Positions 46,829 to 60,677 of a stretch of DNA of 64,000 nt are shown in pieces. How positions within the stretch are numbered: position 1 is the stretch's first letter; each line of letters starts with the position of its first letter. This DNA comes from Nitrospirota bacterium (GTDB lineage Bacteria; Nitrospirota; Nitrospiria; 2-01-FULL-66-17). The stretch lies in NCBI GenBank assembly GCA_049325335.1, contig JBMOMC010000006.1, forward strand, positions 96,001-160,000, in the 5' to 3' direction. A model generated the notes under the pieces. The model ran no database searches. It saw only the letters and a program-made list of their open reading frames with translations, and was not told the DNA's origin. The position numbers and the translations under genes were made by a program.

Positions 46829-48661
46829 ATGTGCGGTGTGATCGGGTACGTGGGCAAACAACCGGCGGTGCCCATTTTGATCGACGGACTCAAACGACTG
46901 GAATATCGCGGGTACGATTCCGCGGGCGTGGCGTTTCTCGAACACGGCGCGCTCCAGGTGCGGCGCGCGGTGGGCAAACTCGCGAGCCTGGAGTCGGTGA
47001 TCGCAGGGGAACGGTACGGTGCCACCATCGGGATCGGCCACACGCGATGGGCCACGCACGGCCGGCCGTCGGAGGAAAACGCGCACCCGCACCGCGCGGG
47101 CCGGGTGGTGGTCATCCACAACGGAATCATCGAGAACTACTTGCCGCTCAAGCGCGAACTCGCGGCCGCGGGCCGGACGTTCCGGTCCGAGACCGACACG
47201 GAGATCATCGCGCACCTGATCGACAGCGAAATGGCCAAGGGCCTCTCGTTGGAACCCGCGTTTCGCGCCGCGCTCACCCGATTGAAGGGCGCGTATGCGG
47301 TGGTGGCGATGGCGGAACACGAGCCGAACGTGCTGGTGGCGGCGCGGCACGGGTGCCCGCTGATCGTTGGGGTGGGCGACGGCGAGCAGTTCGTGGCGTC
47401 CGACGTGCCCGCGATCCTGTCGCACACGCGGTCCGTGGTGTTTTTGGACGACGGCGACGTGGTGGTTGCGTCCGCCGGTCGCGTGGCGATCAGCGACGTG
47501 CAGGGCCGGCCGCGCGAGCGGCAGCCGGTGCAGATTTCTTGGAGCCCGGCCATGGCGGAGAAGGGCGGGTACAAGCATTTTATGCTCAAAGAAATCCACG
47601 AGCAACCGCAGGCGCTCATCAACACGATCCAGGGACGGCTCTCGCTCGAAACCGGGGAGGTCAACCTGGAGGAGTTGGGCGTGCCGGCCGACGCGTTGCG
47701 CGCCGCGACCAAGGTGACAATTGCGGCCTGCGGCACGTCGTGGCACGCGGGGCTGGTCGGCAAGTTCCTGATCGAGGAACTCGCGCGGGTGCCGGTTGAA
47801 GTGGATATCGCGTCCGAATACCGCTACCGCGGACCGATCGTCTCGCCCACCGACGTGGTGGTCGGGATTTCGCAATCCGGCGAAACCGCGGACACCTTGG
47901 GCGCCTTGCGCGAAGCCAAGGCGCGGGGCGCCCGCACATTGGCCCTCTGCAACGTGGTGGGCAGCACCATCGCGCGCGAGGCCGACGGGGTGTTGTACAC
48001 GCACGCCGGGCCGGAGATCGGGGTGGCGTCCACCAAGGCGTTCGTATGCCAATTGGCGGGCATGATTTTGTTGGCATTGGCGTTCGGGCAAGCCAAGGGG
48101 CGGCTCGATGTTGCGACCCGCAAGCGGTTGGCCGACGCGTTGTTCGAATTGCCGGGTCGGGTCGAGGGGTGGTTGCACCATTCGGCCAAAACCGTGGCGG
48201 ACGTGGCGCGCCGGTTCTCGGGACGCAGCGATTTTCTGTATTTGGGGCGAGGGATTCAGTACCCCATCGCGCTGGAGGGCGCGCTCAAACTCAAGGAAAT
48301 CTCGTACATCCACGCGGAGGGGTATCCCGCGGGGGAAATGAAACACGGGCCGATCGCGCTCATCGACGAGAAGTTGCCCGTCGTGATGCTCGCGATGCGC
48401 GACGCAGCCTACGATAAGAGCGTGAACGGGCTGATGGAGGTCAAGGCGCGCGAAGGCCAGGTCATCGCGATCCTGACCGAGGGTGACGAGGATACCGCGG
48501 CCAAGGCCGATGCCGCGATCAGCGTGCCCGCGCTCGACCCCTTGGTGATGCCGATCATGGCGGTGGTGCCGCTGCAGTTGCTCGCGTACCACATCGCGGT
48601 GCTGCGCGGCAGCGACGTGGACCAACCCAGAAACTTGGCCAAGAGCGTGACCGTCGAATAA
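46829..48661 (+). CDS. glmS: Glutamine-fructose-6-phosphate aminotransferase
   Basis: MCG, LEYRGYDSAG, HTRWATHG, PRNLAKSVTVE. Confidence 0.98.
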   Translation: MCGVIGYVGKQPAVPILIDGLKRLEYRGYDSAGVAFLEHGALQVRRAVGKLASLESVIAGERYGATIGIGHTRWATHGRPSEENAHPHRAGRVVVIHNGIIENYLPLKRELAAAGRTFRSETDTEIIAHLIDSEMAKGLSLEPAFRAALTRLKGAYAVVAMAEHEPNVLVAARHGCPLIVGVGDGEQFVASDVPAILSHTRSVVFLDDGDVVVASAGRVAISDVQGRPRERQPVQISWSPAMAEKGGYKHFMLKEIHEQPQALINTIQGRLSLETGEVNLEELGVPADALRAATKVTIAACGTSWHAGLVGKFLIEELARVPVEVDIASEYRYRGPIVSPTDVVVGISQSGETADTLGALREAKARGARTLALCNVVGSTIAREADGVLYTHAGPEIGVASTKAFVCQLAGMILLALAFGQAKGRLDVATRKRLADALFELPGRVEGWLHHSAKTVADVARRFSGRSDFLYLGRGIQYPIALEGALKLKEISYIHAEGYPAGEMKHGPIALIDEKLPVVMLAMRDAAYDKSVNGLMEVKAREGQVIAILTEGDEDTAAKADAAISVPALDPLVMPIMAVVPLQLLAYHIAVLRGSDVDQPRNLAKSVTVE

Positions 48662-48663
48662 TC

Positions 48664-48686
48664 GTAGGGGCGCACGGCGTGCGCCC
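48664..48686 (+). repeat. GTAG-type REP
   Basis: GTAGGGGCGCACGGCGTGCGCCC. Confidence 0.75.
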
Positions 48687-48701
48687 TTGCCCGAGGACCG
48701 A

Positions 48702-50996
48702 ATGAACGATCTGTTATCGGATTTAAATCCCGCCCAACGCGAGGCGGTGCTCCGCACCGAAGGGCCCTTGTTGATCCTGGCCGGCGCGGGGAGCGGCAAG
48801 ACGCGCGTGATCACCTACCGCATTGCGCACCTCATCGAGACCCACCGGGTACACCCCGCGCAGATCCTGGCCGTCACGTTCACCAACAAGGCCGCTGGCG
48901 AGATGAAGGATCGCGTGCAGAGGCTGCTCGGTCCGGCGGGTCGCGGGGTGTGGGTGAGCACGTTTCACTCGGCCTGCGTGCGGATTCTGCGGACGCACGC
49001 CGAGCGCTTGAGTTATCCGCGCGAATTCGTGATCTATGATTCCGGCGACCAGGCCGCCTTGGTCCGGGAGTGTATGCGGGGTTTGGGCGTCAACGAGGAC
49101 GTATACAAACCGCAGGCCGTGGCGCGGCGTATCTCCGACCTCAAGAACGCACTGACCACGCCCGAGGCGTTTCGGGGCACGGCGCAGACGTTCGGGATGG
49201 ATGACGCGGTGGCGCGGACGTACCTGTTGTACCAGGATCGTCTGGCCCAGGCCGCCGCATGGGACTTCGACGATCTGTTGATGCAAACCGTGCGATTGTT
49301 CGAGCGCGCGCCCGACGTGTTGGCCGCGTACCACCGGCAGTTTCGGTATCTGTTGATCGACGAATACCAGGACACCAATCACGCGCAGTACCGGCTGGTG
49401 CGGCTGCTGGCGGGCGAGCGCGCCAATCTCTGCGTGGTCGGGGACGACGATCAGAGTATCTACGCGTTCCGCGGCGCGGACGTGCGCAACATTTTGGAGT
49501 TCGAAAAGGATTTCCCGAACGCCGCGACCGTCAAGCTGGAGCAAAATTACCGCTCCACCCAGGCGATCCTCGACGCGGCGTCCGCCGTGGTGGAGCGCAA
49601 CCCCTCGCGCAAGCCCAAACGCTTGTGGACCGATCGGCTGGGCGGGGAGAAGATTACGGTCGCACGGTTGGCCGACGACGAGACCGAGGCGGACTATCTG
49701 TGCCGCACGCTGCGCGAGCACGTCCGCGCGGGCAAGGTGTATCGCGATTTCGCGGTGCTGTACCGCACCAACGCCCAGTCGCGCGCGCTGGAAGAACGCT
49801 TGCGCAATGAGGCGATCCCGTACGTGATCGTCGGGGGGCTGCGGTTTTACGAGCGCAAGGAGATCAAGGACGTGGTGGCGTATTTGCGCGCGATCGTGAA
49901 CCCCTCGGACGCGATGAGCCTTAAGCGCATCATCAATGTGCCGACCCGCGGGATCGGGGCCACGGCGCTGGAACGCATCGACGCGCACGCGACGCAAACC
50001 GGATCGCCGTGGGCCGAGGCGTTGCGCGCGCTGGCCGCGGATTCGGAACGGTTGGTGGCGAACTCCCGGCGGTCGATCGAGCGTTTCTTGACGTTGATGG
50101 ACGGGTTGCGCGAGACCGCGAAGACCGCGACATTGCCCACGCTGCTCACCGCGGTGTTGGAGCGCACCCGCTACATCGAGTCGCTGCGCGAGGAGTTCGG
50201 CGCGGAGGCGGAATCGCGGATCGAAAACATCCAGGAGTTATTTTCCGCGGTCGAGGAATTCGAGGAACAGTACGCGGGCCAGAATGTGCCGGAGACGATC
50301 GCGCCCGGCGAAGACTCGGCGCCCCAATTATCTCCGCTGGCCGCGTTTCTCGACCGCGTGGCGTTGGTGGCGGATACCGACGCGCTGACGTCGTCCGACG
50401 GCGCGGTGCCGTTGATGACTCTCCACTCGGCCAAGGGCTTGGAATTCCCCGTGGTCTTTCTGGTCGGGGTGGAAGAAGGCATTTTCCCGCACTCGCGATC
50501 GCTCAACGACCCGGACGCGATGGAGGAGGAGCGTCGGCTTTGTTACGTGGGCATCACGCGCGCCAAAGAGCGGCTGTACGTCACCTACACCGGGTTGCGG
50601 CGGCTGTACGGCTCGGTGCAATTCAACGCGCCGTCGCGGTTCATCGAAGAGATCCCCGAGGAGCTCAAACACGAGATCGGCGTGCAGGAGCGCGTGGAGA
50701 CCGGCGTGGCGCGGGGATGGGACTCGCCAGGGCCGCGCCGGATGGGCATGGGAACGTCGCCGGCCGCCCGCGGACCCGGGCGAACACCCGCGTTCAACCC
50801 GTATAATCAAGAACCGCCCGAATCGCCGGAGGGCTCTTTGTTCGCGGTCGGCATGCGGGTGCGCCACCCGGTGTGGGGCGCGGGCACGATCCAGGCCTCG
50901 GAAGGCATCGGCGAGGACGCCAAGGTGGTGGTGGCGTTTCGCGCCGCGGGCACCAAGAAATTGGCGGTCAAATTCGCGAGATTGGAGCCGGCGTAA
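48702..50996 (+). CDS. pcrA: ATP-dependent DNA helicase PcrA/UvrD (chromosomal)
   Basis: All SF1 motifs plus C-terminal Tudor-like domain (G.RVRHP.WG.G). Confidence 0.95.
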   Translation: MNDLLSDLNPAQREAVLRTEGPLLILAGAGSGKTRVITYRIAHLIETHRVHPAQILAVTFTNKAAGEMKDRVQRLLGPAGRGVWVSTFHSACVRILRTHAERLSYPREFVIYDSGDQAALVRECMRGLGVNEDVYKPQAVARRISDLKNALTTPEAFRGTAQTFGMDDAVARTYLLYQDRLAQAAAWDFDDLLMQTVRLFERAPDVLAAYHRQFRYLLIDEYQDTNHAQYRLVRLLAGERANLCVVGDDDQSIYAFRGADVRNILEFEKDFPNAATVKLEQNYRSTQAILDAASAVVERNPSRKPKRLWTDRLGGEKITVARLADDETEADYLCRTLREHVRAGKVYRDFAVLYRTNAQSRALEERLRNEAIPYVIVGGLRFYERKEIKDVVAYLRAIVNPSDAMSLKRIINVPTRGIGATALERIDAHATQTGSPWAEALRALAADSERLVANSRRSIERFLTLMDGLRETAKTATLPTLLTAVLERTRYIESLREEFGAEAESRIENIQELFSAVEEFEEQYAGQNVPETIAPGEDSAPQLSPLAAFLDRVALVADTDALTSSDGAVPLMTLHSAKGLEFPVVFLVGVEEGIFPHSRSLNDPDAMEEERRLCYVGITRAKERLYVTYTGLRRLYGSVQFNAPSRFIEEIPEELKHEIGVQERVETGVARGWDSPGPRRMGMGTSPAARGPGRTPAFNPYNQEPPESPEGSLFAVGMRVRHPVWGAGTIQASEGIGEDAKVVVAFRAAGTKKLAVKFARLEPA

Positions 50997-51283
50997 TGGA
51001 TATCACGCGTGAACAAGTCGAGTACGTGGCCAAGCTGGCGCGGTTGGCGATCAGCGAGGAAGAGAAGGTCGTATTCGGGAAGCAACTTTCGTCGATCTTA
51101 ACGTACGTCGAAACACTCAATCGGGTGGATACGAGCGACGTGGAGCCGACCTCGCACGTGATTCCGATGCAGAACGTGCTGCGGGAAGACGCGGCCAAAC
51201 CGTCGTTGCCGCATGACGCGGCATTGGCGAATGCGCCGGATTCCGACTCGGGTTGTTTTCGAGTCCCCAAGATTATTGATTGA
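50996..51283 (+). CDS. gatC: Asp/Glu-tRNA amidotransferase subunit C
   Basis: ITREQVEYVAKLARL, LRED, FRVPKII. Confidence 0.95.
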   Translation: MDITREQVEYVAKLARLAISEEEKVVFGKQLSSILTYVETLNRVDTSDVEPTSHVIPMQNVLREDAAKPSLPHDAALANAPDSDSGCFRVPKIID

Positions 51284-51301
51284 TGTCGGGAGAGTGAACG
51301 T

Positions 51302-51652
51302 ATGCTGCGGTTGATGCTGCGGTCGAAAATTCATCGCGCCACGGTGACGGGCGCGGACTTGGATTATGAAGGCAGTCTGGCGTTGGATCAGAATCTGATC
51401 GACGCGGCGGGTATGTTGCCGTACGAGCAGATCATGGTGTCCAACCTCCAGAACGGCGAGCGGTTCGAGACCTACATTATCCCCGGTCCCCGCGGGTCCG
51501 GTATGGTGTGTTTGAACGGACCGACTGCGCGCAAAGCGATGGTCGGCGATCAGATCATCATTTTCTGTTATGAGTATTACTCGCAGGACGAGCTGGCGAA
51601 CTACAAGCCGACGATCGTGAAAGTGGACGAGAAGAACCGCATTAAAGGCTAA
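51302..51652 (+). CDS. panD: Aspartate 1-decarboxylase
   Basis: SKIHRATVT.ADL.YEGS, GERFETY. Confidence 0.95.
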   Translation: MLRLMLRSKIHRATVTGADLDYEGSLALDQNLIDAAGMLPYEQIMVSNLQNGERFETYIIPGPRGSGMVCLNGPTARKAMVGDQIIIFCYEYYSQDELANYKPTIVKVDEKNRIKG

Positions 51653-51660
51653 GACGAGTG

Positions 51661-51733
51661 GGCGAGCCGGGGAACCGGGGAGAGGGAGATAAGGACAAGA
51701 ACTTTCGCCGGTTCTCCGGCTCCCCGGCTCGCC
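51661..51733. repeat. Imperfect 20-bp inverted repeat (hairpin) between panD and the nucleotidyltransferase gene
   Basis: GGCGAGCCGGGGAACCGGGG (51661-51680) vs CTCCGGCTCCCCGGCTCGCC (51714-51733), 18/20 complementary. Confidence 0.7.
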
Positions 51734-51746
51734 GGTTCAAAGTCAG

Positions 51747-53252
51747 ATGCTGATAGACGCGCTCAAGCGGCCCGAACTGGCCTTTATTCAGGAAATCGCT
51801 GTGCGATTTCCCCAGGCCCAGGTGTACCTTGTGGGCGGAGCCGTGCGCGACGCCATGTTGGGGCGCGAGACCAAGGATTTGGACTTTGTGGTGCGCGGGG
51901 TGCCGGGCGAGACGTTGGAGCGGGCATTGGCCAAGCTCGGGTCTGTCAATTACGTGGGCAAGACGTTCGGGGTGTATAAGTTCGTGCCCCGCGGCGGGGA
52001 TCCGCAGGAGCCGTTCGACGTGGCGTTGCCGCGCACCGAGCATTCGGATGCGTTGTCCGGCGCGTACCGCGAGTTTTCGGTCCAGTCCGATCCCGGGTTG
52101 CCGGTGGAGGACGATCTGGGGCGCCGCGACTATACCGTGAACGCGATGGCGCTCAACGTGCTCACTGAGGAACTGGTGGACCCGTTCAACGGCAAAGGCG
52201 ATCTGTGCGCCAGACGATTGCGCGCGGTGGGCGAGCCGGATCGTCGCTTTGCGGAAGATTACTCGCGGATGCTGCGCGGCCTGCGGTTGGCCTGCCAACT
52301 CGGGTTCGACTGGGACGCGGACACGTGGGCGTCGATCGTGCGGTTGATGCCGCGGATCAACGCCACGCGAGGGAAGGATTTCATCGTGCCGCGGGAAACC
52401 GTGGGCCGGGAACTGGTGCGCGCGTTCGTGGCCGACCCGGTGAAGGCGTTGGATCTGTGGGACGCGAGCGGCGCGATCAGCGAAATCATGCCGGAATTGC
52501 TGCCCATGAAGGGGTGTCCGCAGCCGCCGAATTATCATGCGGAAGGCGACGTGTGGACGCACACGCGGCTGGCGTTGGAACGCGCGACCTCGCCGGAGTT
52601 CACAGCGGAGTGGCCGGACCGTCGGTTGGACGCGGAGGTGGTTTTCGCGGTGTTGCTCCACGACGTGGCCAAACCCGTGACCATCACCACGCCGGAGAAG
52701 GACGGCACCGACCGGATCCGGTTCAACAACCACGACAACGTGGGCGCGAGAATGGCGCGCGCGATCTGCGAACGATTGAAGTTGTCCCAGTTCCCGCGTG
52801 AGTCGCCGTGGCACATCGACTCGGAACGGTTGGGCTGGTTGGTGGCGCACCATCTGTTGCTCGTGCACGGCCCGGTCGCGGACATGAAGAACTCCACGAT
52901 CGAGAAGTATTTTTTCGCGGACCCCCAGGCGGGCGAGCAGTTGCTGATGGTGATGTGGGCGGACGGGTCCGCCACGGTTCCGCCGTCGGGGACTCCGGAT
53001 TTGACCAACTACCGCGCCATGCGCGGTCGGATCGCGAAGCTGGCGGAACTCGGCCGCGCGCGCAAAGGGTTGCCCCCGCCATTGGTGGACGGCCGGCGTA
53101 TCATGGCGGAGTTCGGCGTGCCCGCGGGACCGGTCGTCGGCAAGTATTTGGCTCTGGTCAGGGAGGCACAGTTGGCCGGGCAGGTGGCGACCGCGGACGA
53201 TGCGGTGGCGTGGCTCAAGCGGCAGATCGGAACGGCGGTGTCGGATGGCTGA
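51747..53252 (+). CDS. Class II tRNA nucleotidyltransferase/poly(A) polymerase family protein with HD domain
   Basis: [44 protein letters not shown]. Confidence 0.9.
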   Translation: MLIDALKRPELAFIQEIAVRFPQAQVYLVGGAVRDAMLGRETKDLDFVVRGVPGETLERALAKLGSVNYVGKTFGVYKFVPRGGDPQEPFDVALPRTEHSDALSGAYREFSVQSDPGLPVEDDLGRRDYTVNAMALNVLTEELVDPFNGKGDLCARRLRAVGEPDRRFAEDYSRMLRGLRLACQLGFDWDADTWASIVRLMPRINATRGKDFIVPRETVGRELVRAFVADPVKALDLWDASGAISEIMPELLPMKGCPQPPNYHAEGDVWTHTRLALERATSPEFTAEWPDRRLDAEVVFAVLLHDVAKPVTITTPEKDGTDRIRFNNHDNVGARMARAICERLKLSQFPRESPWHIDSERLGWLVAHHLLLVHGPVADMKNSTIEKYFFADPQAGEQLLMVMWADGSATVPPSGTPDLTNYRAMRGRIAKLAELGRARKGLPPPLVDGRRIMAEFGVPAGPVVGKYLALVREAQLAGQVATADDAVAWLKRQIGTAVSDG

Positions 53253-54717
53253 GCAGGCATTACACGGATTGACCATTCACGGGGCGTGTGAGCTGTTGGC
53301 GGAGCGCCGGATCAGCAGCCGTGAGTTGCTGGAGAGCGTGGAGGCGCGCATCGCCACGGTGGAACCCGAGGTGCACGCGTATCTTGCGCTCACGCGCGAT
53401 GCGGCCCGCGCGCAGGCTGACGAGGCGGATAGATGCCTTCGCGTCGGTGAACGCGTGACCCCGTTGACCGGGATTCCCATCGCGCTCAAGGACAACATGT
53501 GTGTCGCGGGCGTTAAGACCACGTGCGCGTCCAAGATTCTCGAAGGGTTCGTCCCGCCGTACGACGCCACGGTCGTCGCGCGGTTGCGGGCCGCGGGCGC
53601 GGTGTTCACGGGCAAGACCAACATGGACGAATTCGCGATGGGCTCGTCCACCGAGAACTCCGCCTTCGGCAACACGAGGAACCCGTGGGGTCGGGACCGA
53701 ATTCCCGGCGGGTCGAGCGGCGGATCAGCCGCGGCCGTGGCCGCGGACGAGTGCCTGGGGTCGCTGGGGTCGGACACGGGAGGATCGATTCGCCAGCCCG
53801 CAGCTTGTTGCGGCGTGGTGGGGCTCAAACCCACGTACGGCCGGGTCTCGCGGTACGGGTTGGTGGCGTTCGCGTCGTCCTTGGATCAGATCGGGCCGTT
53901 CGCCAAGGACGTGGAAGACTGCGCGCTGTTGCTCAACGCGATCGCGGGCCACGACCCGAATGATTCCACCTCCGCCGACGTGCCCCGCCCGGACTACACC
54001 GCGGAGCTCACGACCGGCGTGCGGGGCCTGCGTGTCGGGGTACCCAAGGAGTACTTTATCGCCGGGATGGATCGCGACGTGGAGGCCGCGGTCAAAACCG
54101 CGATCCGAACGCTGGAACGAGAAGGCGCGCGGGTCGAAGACGTGTCGCTCCCGAACACGGAGTACGCGGTGGCGGTGTATTACCTCCTGGCCACGGCCGA
54201 GGCAAGTTCCAACTTGGCGCGCTACGACGGCGTCAGATTCGGCTATCGCGCCAAGGCGCCCGCGAACTTGATGGACCTGTATGCTCGAAGCCGCGCCGAA
54301 GGATTCGGCCCCGAGGTCAAGCGCCGGATCATGCTCGGCACGTACGCGCTCTCGTCCGGGTACTACGACGCGTACTACGTCAAGGCCCAGCGCGTGCGCA
54401 CGTTGATCAAACGGGACTTTGACCGCGCGTTCGAGCGCGTGGACGTGATCGCCACGCCCACCGCGCCTACGCCCGCGTTCCGGTTCGGCGAGAAGACGCA
54501 GGACCCGCTGCAAATGTACCTCTCGGACATTTTCACGATCTCGGTCAACTTGGCTGGCGTGCCGGCCCTATCCATGCCGTGCGGGTTCTCGGGCGAGGGC
54601 CTGCCCATCGGGCTGCAACTGATTGGCAAACCGTTCGCGGAATCCACGATTCTTCGTGCGGCCGCGGCGTACGAGCGGGTGACGGAGTGGAAGACAAAAA
54701 AACCGGTGATTGGATGA
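53245..54717 (+). CDS. gatA: Asp/Glu-tRNA amidotransferase subunit A
   Basis: [34 protein letters not shown]. Confidence 0.97.
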   Translation: MAEQALHGLTIHGACELLAERRISSRELLESVEARIATVEPEVHAYLALTRDAARAQADEADRCLRVGERVTPLTGIPIALKDNMCVAGVKTTCASKILEGFVPPYDATVVARLRAAGAVFTGKTNMDEFAMGSSTENSAFGNTRNPWGRDRIPGGSSGGSAAAVAADECLGSLGSDTGGSIRQPAACCGVVGLKPTYGRVSRYGLVAFASSLDQIGPFAKDVEDCALLLNAIAGHDPNDSTSADVPRPDYTAELTTGVRGLRVGVPKEYFIAGMDRDVEAAVKTAIRTLEREGARVEDVSLPNTEYAVAVYYLLATAEASSNLARYDGVRFGYRAKAPANLMDLYARSRAEGFGPEVKRRIMLGTYALSSGYYDAYYVKAQRVRTLIKRDFDRAFERVDVIATPTAPTPAFRFGEKTQDPLQMYLSDIFTISVNLAGVPALSMPCGFSGEGLPIGLQLIGKPFAESTILRAAAAYERVTEWKTKKPVIG

Positions 54718-54724
54718 TTCAGCC

Positions 54725-57960
<3,236 letters not shown>

Positions 57961-57964
<4 letters not shown>

Positions 57965-58893
57965 ACGAGTCATCGACGGACACCGCGGCTCGCGCAACCA
58001 CGCGGTCCGCCTTTCGCAGCGGGATGATCGCGCTGGTGGGGCGGCCCAACGTGGGCAAGTCCACGTTGATCAACCGGCTTGTGGGCGAAAAGGTGGCGAT
58101 CGTCTCGCCCGTGCCGCAGACCACGCGGACCCGCGTGCTCGGCATTCTGCGACGTCCCGAGGCGGAGTTGATCTTCGTGGACACGCCGGGCGTGCACAAA
58201 CCGCGGCATTTGCTCAACGAGTCCATGGTCCGCGCGGCGCGCGCCGCGCTCGACGAAGCCGACGTGGTGTGCCTGGTCATCGACGCCACGGCGGGCTGGC
58301 GTCCTGGGGATCGCGCGGTGTTGAACCTCGTTACGACCAGGCGGGGGCCGGTGGTGCTGGTGATCAATAAGGTGGACCGGGTCAAGAAGCCCGCGCTCCT
58401 GCCGCTGATCGACGCGTGCCGCAAGGCGTACGCGTTCGTGGAGATCGTGCCGATCTCGGCGCAAAAGGACGAGGATTTCGACCCGTTGCTCCGCGCCCTG
58501 GCCGCGCTGGTTCCGGCCGGCGAGGCGAATTATCCTGCCGATGAATACACGGATCAGACCGCGCGGGCGATGGCCGCGGAACTGATCCGGGAAGCCATCC
58601 TACTGCGCACGCGCGAGGAGGTGCCGCACGCGGTGGCCGTGCGCATCGAGGAGTTCTCCGAAGATCCCGCCACCGGGTTGGTGAGCATCCGCGCGCAGGT
58701 GCTGGTGGAAAAGGAGTCGCAGAAAGCCATTCTCATCGGCGCGGGCGGGTCCATGATGAAACAGGTGGGCGAGCAGGCGCGCCTGGAGATCGAACGCCTG
58801 CTGGGGACGAAAGTATATTTGTCGCTGTGGGTGACGGTGGAGCCGTCCTGGCGACAGGACGCGCGGCAACTGGGCGAATTGGGGTACGCGTGA
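57961..58893 (+). CDS. era: GTPase Era
   Basis: GRPNVGKST, QTTR, DTPG, NKVD, KH domain. Confidence 0.97.
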
Positions 58894-59129
58894 GAACCCG
58901 TTCAGGAAAGGGCCATCTGCTGCGTTGGCGCTGCGCTTGCTTCGCCAAGCGAGCGGAACTGGCCATTGCCAGCGCCGTAAATCGGCGCAGTGCGCTTTCC
59001 GCTCCTCACGTACGCAGCCAGTACGCTCCGGTGCGGTCACAGGCGGCTTCGCACGCCGTGCAAATATTATACGGGCCGACGCTGTCGGCCCTGTTCCGCC
59101 TTGCATCTGTCCCTTTCCTGAATGGGTTC
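58894..59129. mobile_element. MITE-like element (236 bp)
   Basis: Terminal IRs GAACCCGTTCAGGAAAGGG / CCCTTTCCTGAATGGGTTC (18/19); internal motifs shared with 60517-60643. Confidence 0.75.
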
Positions 59130-59155
59130 AACTGGCGGGTTACTCGGACACGCTC

Positions 59156-60517
59156 ATGACCGACGCGACGTTCGACATGATCGTGGAGACGTTCCGGAAG
59201 TTCCTGCGCCGGGGCGCGATCACGCATTTGTCCAACATGGCCGGCAAGATGCGGCCCGCGGACCTGGCCCAGGTGATCCGTCATCTCGGCACGGTCCAGG
59301 AGCGGCGCACGGTGTTCGAACTCCTGCGCGACATGAAGGCCCGGGCCGCAGTGGTCAGCGAGAGCGAACCCGAAGTGATCGGCGAATTGCTACTCGACAT
59401 GCCGCCCCACGATGTAGTGGTGGTCTTGCGCGAACTGGCCTCCGACGACGTGGCCGACATTCTGGGCAATATGCCCGAGGAAAAGGCGCAGGAAATCCTG
59501 CACCTGATGAAGGCCGATGAGTCGAGCGAGGTCAAGGACCTCTTGCAATACCCGGAGGAGACCGCGGGCGGCATCATGACCACCGACTTCGTGTCGTTGT
59601 ACGAGGACACGACGGTCAAGGACGCGATCGCGCACCTGCAAGAGACCTCGGCCAAACAAATGGTGTTCTACCTGTACGTGACCGACCGCGGGGGCCGGCT
59701 GGTGGGCGTGGTGTCGTTGCGGCAACTGCTCGTGGTGTCGCCGCTGACACCGCTCAAAAAAATCATGACCACGGACGTGATCAGCGTAGCGACCGACGTG
59801 GATCAGGAGGAGGTCTCCAAACTGGTCGCCAAGTACAACATCCTGGCGATTCCGGTGGTGGATAAGGATCACGTCTTGGTGGGGATCATCACCGTGGACG
59901 ACGTGGTGGACGTGATCCGCGAAGAAGCGACCGAAGATATCTTGAAGCTGGCCGGGGCGAGCGATGCCGACATGCTGCAACTCTCCAGTATCCGTGCCGC
60001 GCGGATGCGCATGCCGTGGTTGTTGACCAGTTTGGTAGGCGGCATAATCACCGGCGTGTTTCTCTGGATCTTTCGCCCCGCGATCCAACACGTGATCGCG
60101 CTGGCCAGTTTCATCCCGGTCATCACCGCGATGGGCGGCAACGTGGGACTCCAGACCTCCACGTTGGTGGTGCGTGGATTGGCCACGGGGCGCATCGAGT
60201 CCGCGGAGATTCGCGCCGTGTTCCTCAAAGAGTTGACCGTGGGGCTCATGATGGGGGCCTTGTGCGGAGTGATCGTGGGCGTGGTGGCTCAACTGTGGCA
60301 CGGACCGACTATGCTGGGAATCGTGGTGGGCGTGTCCATGTTCTCAGCCATTACGGTCGCCGCGCTCATGGGGACCCTAATGCCCATCTTCCTGCGGCGG
60401 GCCGGATTCGATCCTGCGATTTCCTCGGGCCCGTTCGTCACCGCGGCCAACGACATCACGGGGCTGGTTATGTACTTGGGGTTGGCGACGTTGTTGTTGG
60501 AACACCTTCTGACCTAG
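59156..60517 (+). CDS. mgtE: Magnesium transporter MgtE
   Basis: TAGGIMT, CBS pair, RMPWL, MGGNVG.Q, DPA..SGPF. Confidence 0.96.
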   Translation: MTDATFDMIVETFRKFLRRGAITHLSNMAGKMRPADLAQVIRHLGTVQERRTVFELLRDMKARAAVVSESEPEVIGELLLDMPPHDVVVVLRELASDDVADILGNMPEEKAQEILHLMKADESSEVKDLLQYPEETAGGIMTTDFVSLYEDTTVKDAIAHLQETSAKQMVFYLYVTDRGGRLVGVVSLRQLLVVSPLTPLKKIMTTDVISVATDVDQEEVSKLVAKYNILAIPVVDKDHVLVGIITVDDVVDVIREEATEDILKLAGASDADMLQLSSIRAARMRMPWLLTSLVGGIITGVFLWIFRPAIQHVIALASFIPVITAMGGNVGLQTSTLVVRGLATGRIESAEIRAVFLKELTVGLMMGALCGVIVGVVAQLWHGPTMLGIVVGVSMFSAITVAALMGTLMPIFLRRAGFDPAISSGPFVTAANDITGLVMYLGLATLLLEHLLT

Positions 60518-60643
60518 GAGCCTGTCCATGAAAGGCCATCTGCGGCGTTGTCGGTCGACCTTGCGTGCTCACGTACGACCCAGTACGCTCCGCGCGCAAG
60601 GTTCGCCCTCCGCCTTGCGTCTGGCCTTCCCTGAACAGGCTCC
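60517..60643. mobile_element. MITE-like element (127 bp), same family as 58894-59129
   Basis: IRs GGAGCCTGTCCATGAAAGGCCA / TGGCCTTCCCTGAACAGGCTCC; shared GCCATCTGC, CTCACGTACG..CCAGTACGCTCC and TCCGCCTTGC. Confidence 0.75.
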
Positions 60644-60677
60644 AACTGGGCTCATTCGGATAGACTCCTGACCCGGC

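Noticed and set aside
48626..48700. attTn7 downstream of glmS
   Set aside because: The site is unoccupied: only a REP and then pcrA follow, with no Tn7 ends or tns genes.
45002..48814. 1270-aa minus-strand ORF
   Set aside because: Antisense shadow of DUF502/glmU/glmS in high-GC DNA; no protein motifs.
58894..59155. M-box (ykoK) Mg riboswitch upstream of mgtE, and the extended 58925 start of mgtE
   Set aside because: The region has terminal inverted repeats and a sister copy downstream, so it is a MITE. No M-box consensus recognised (Rfam scan not run).
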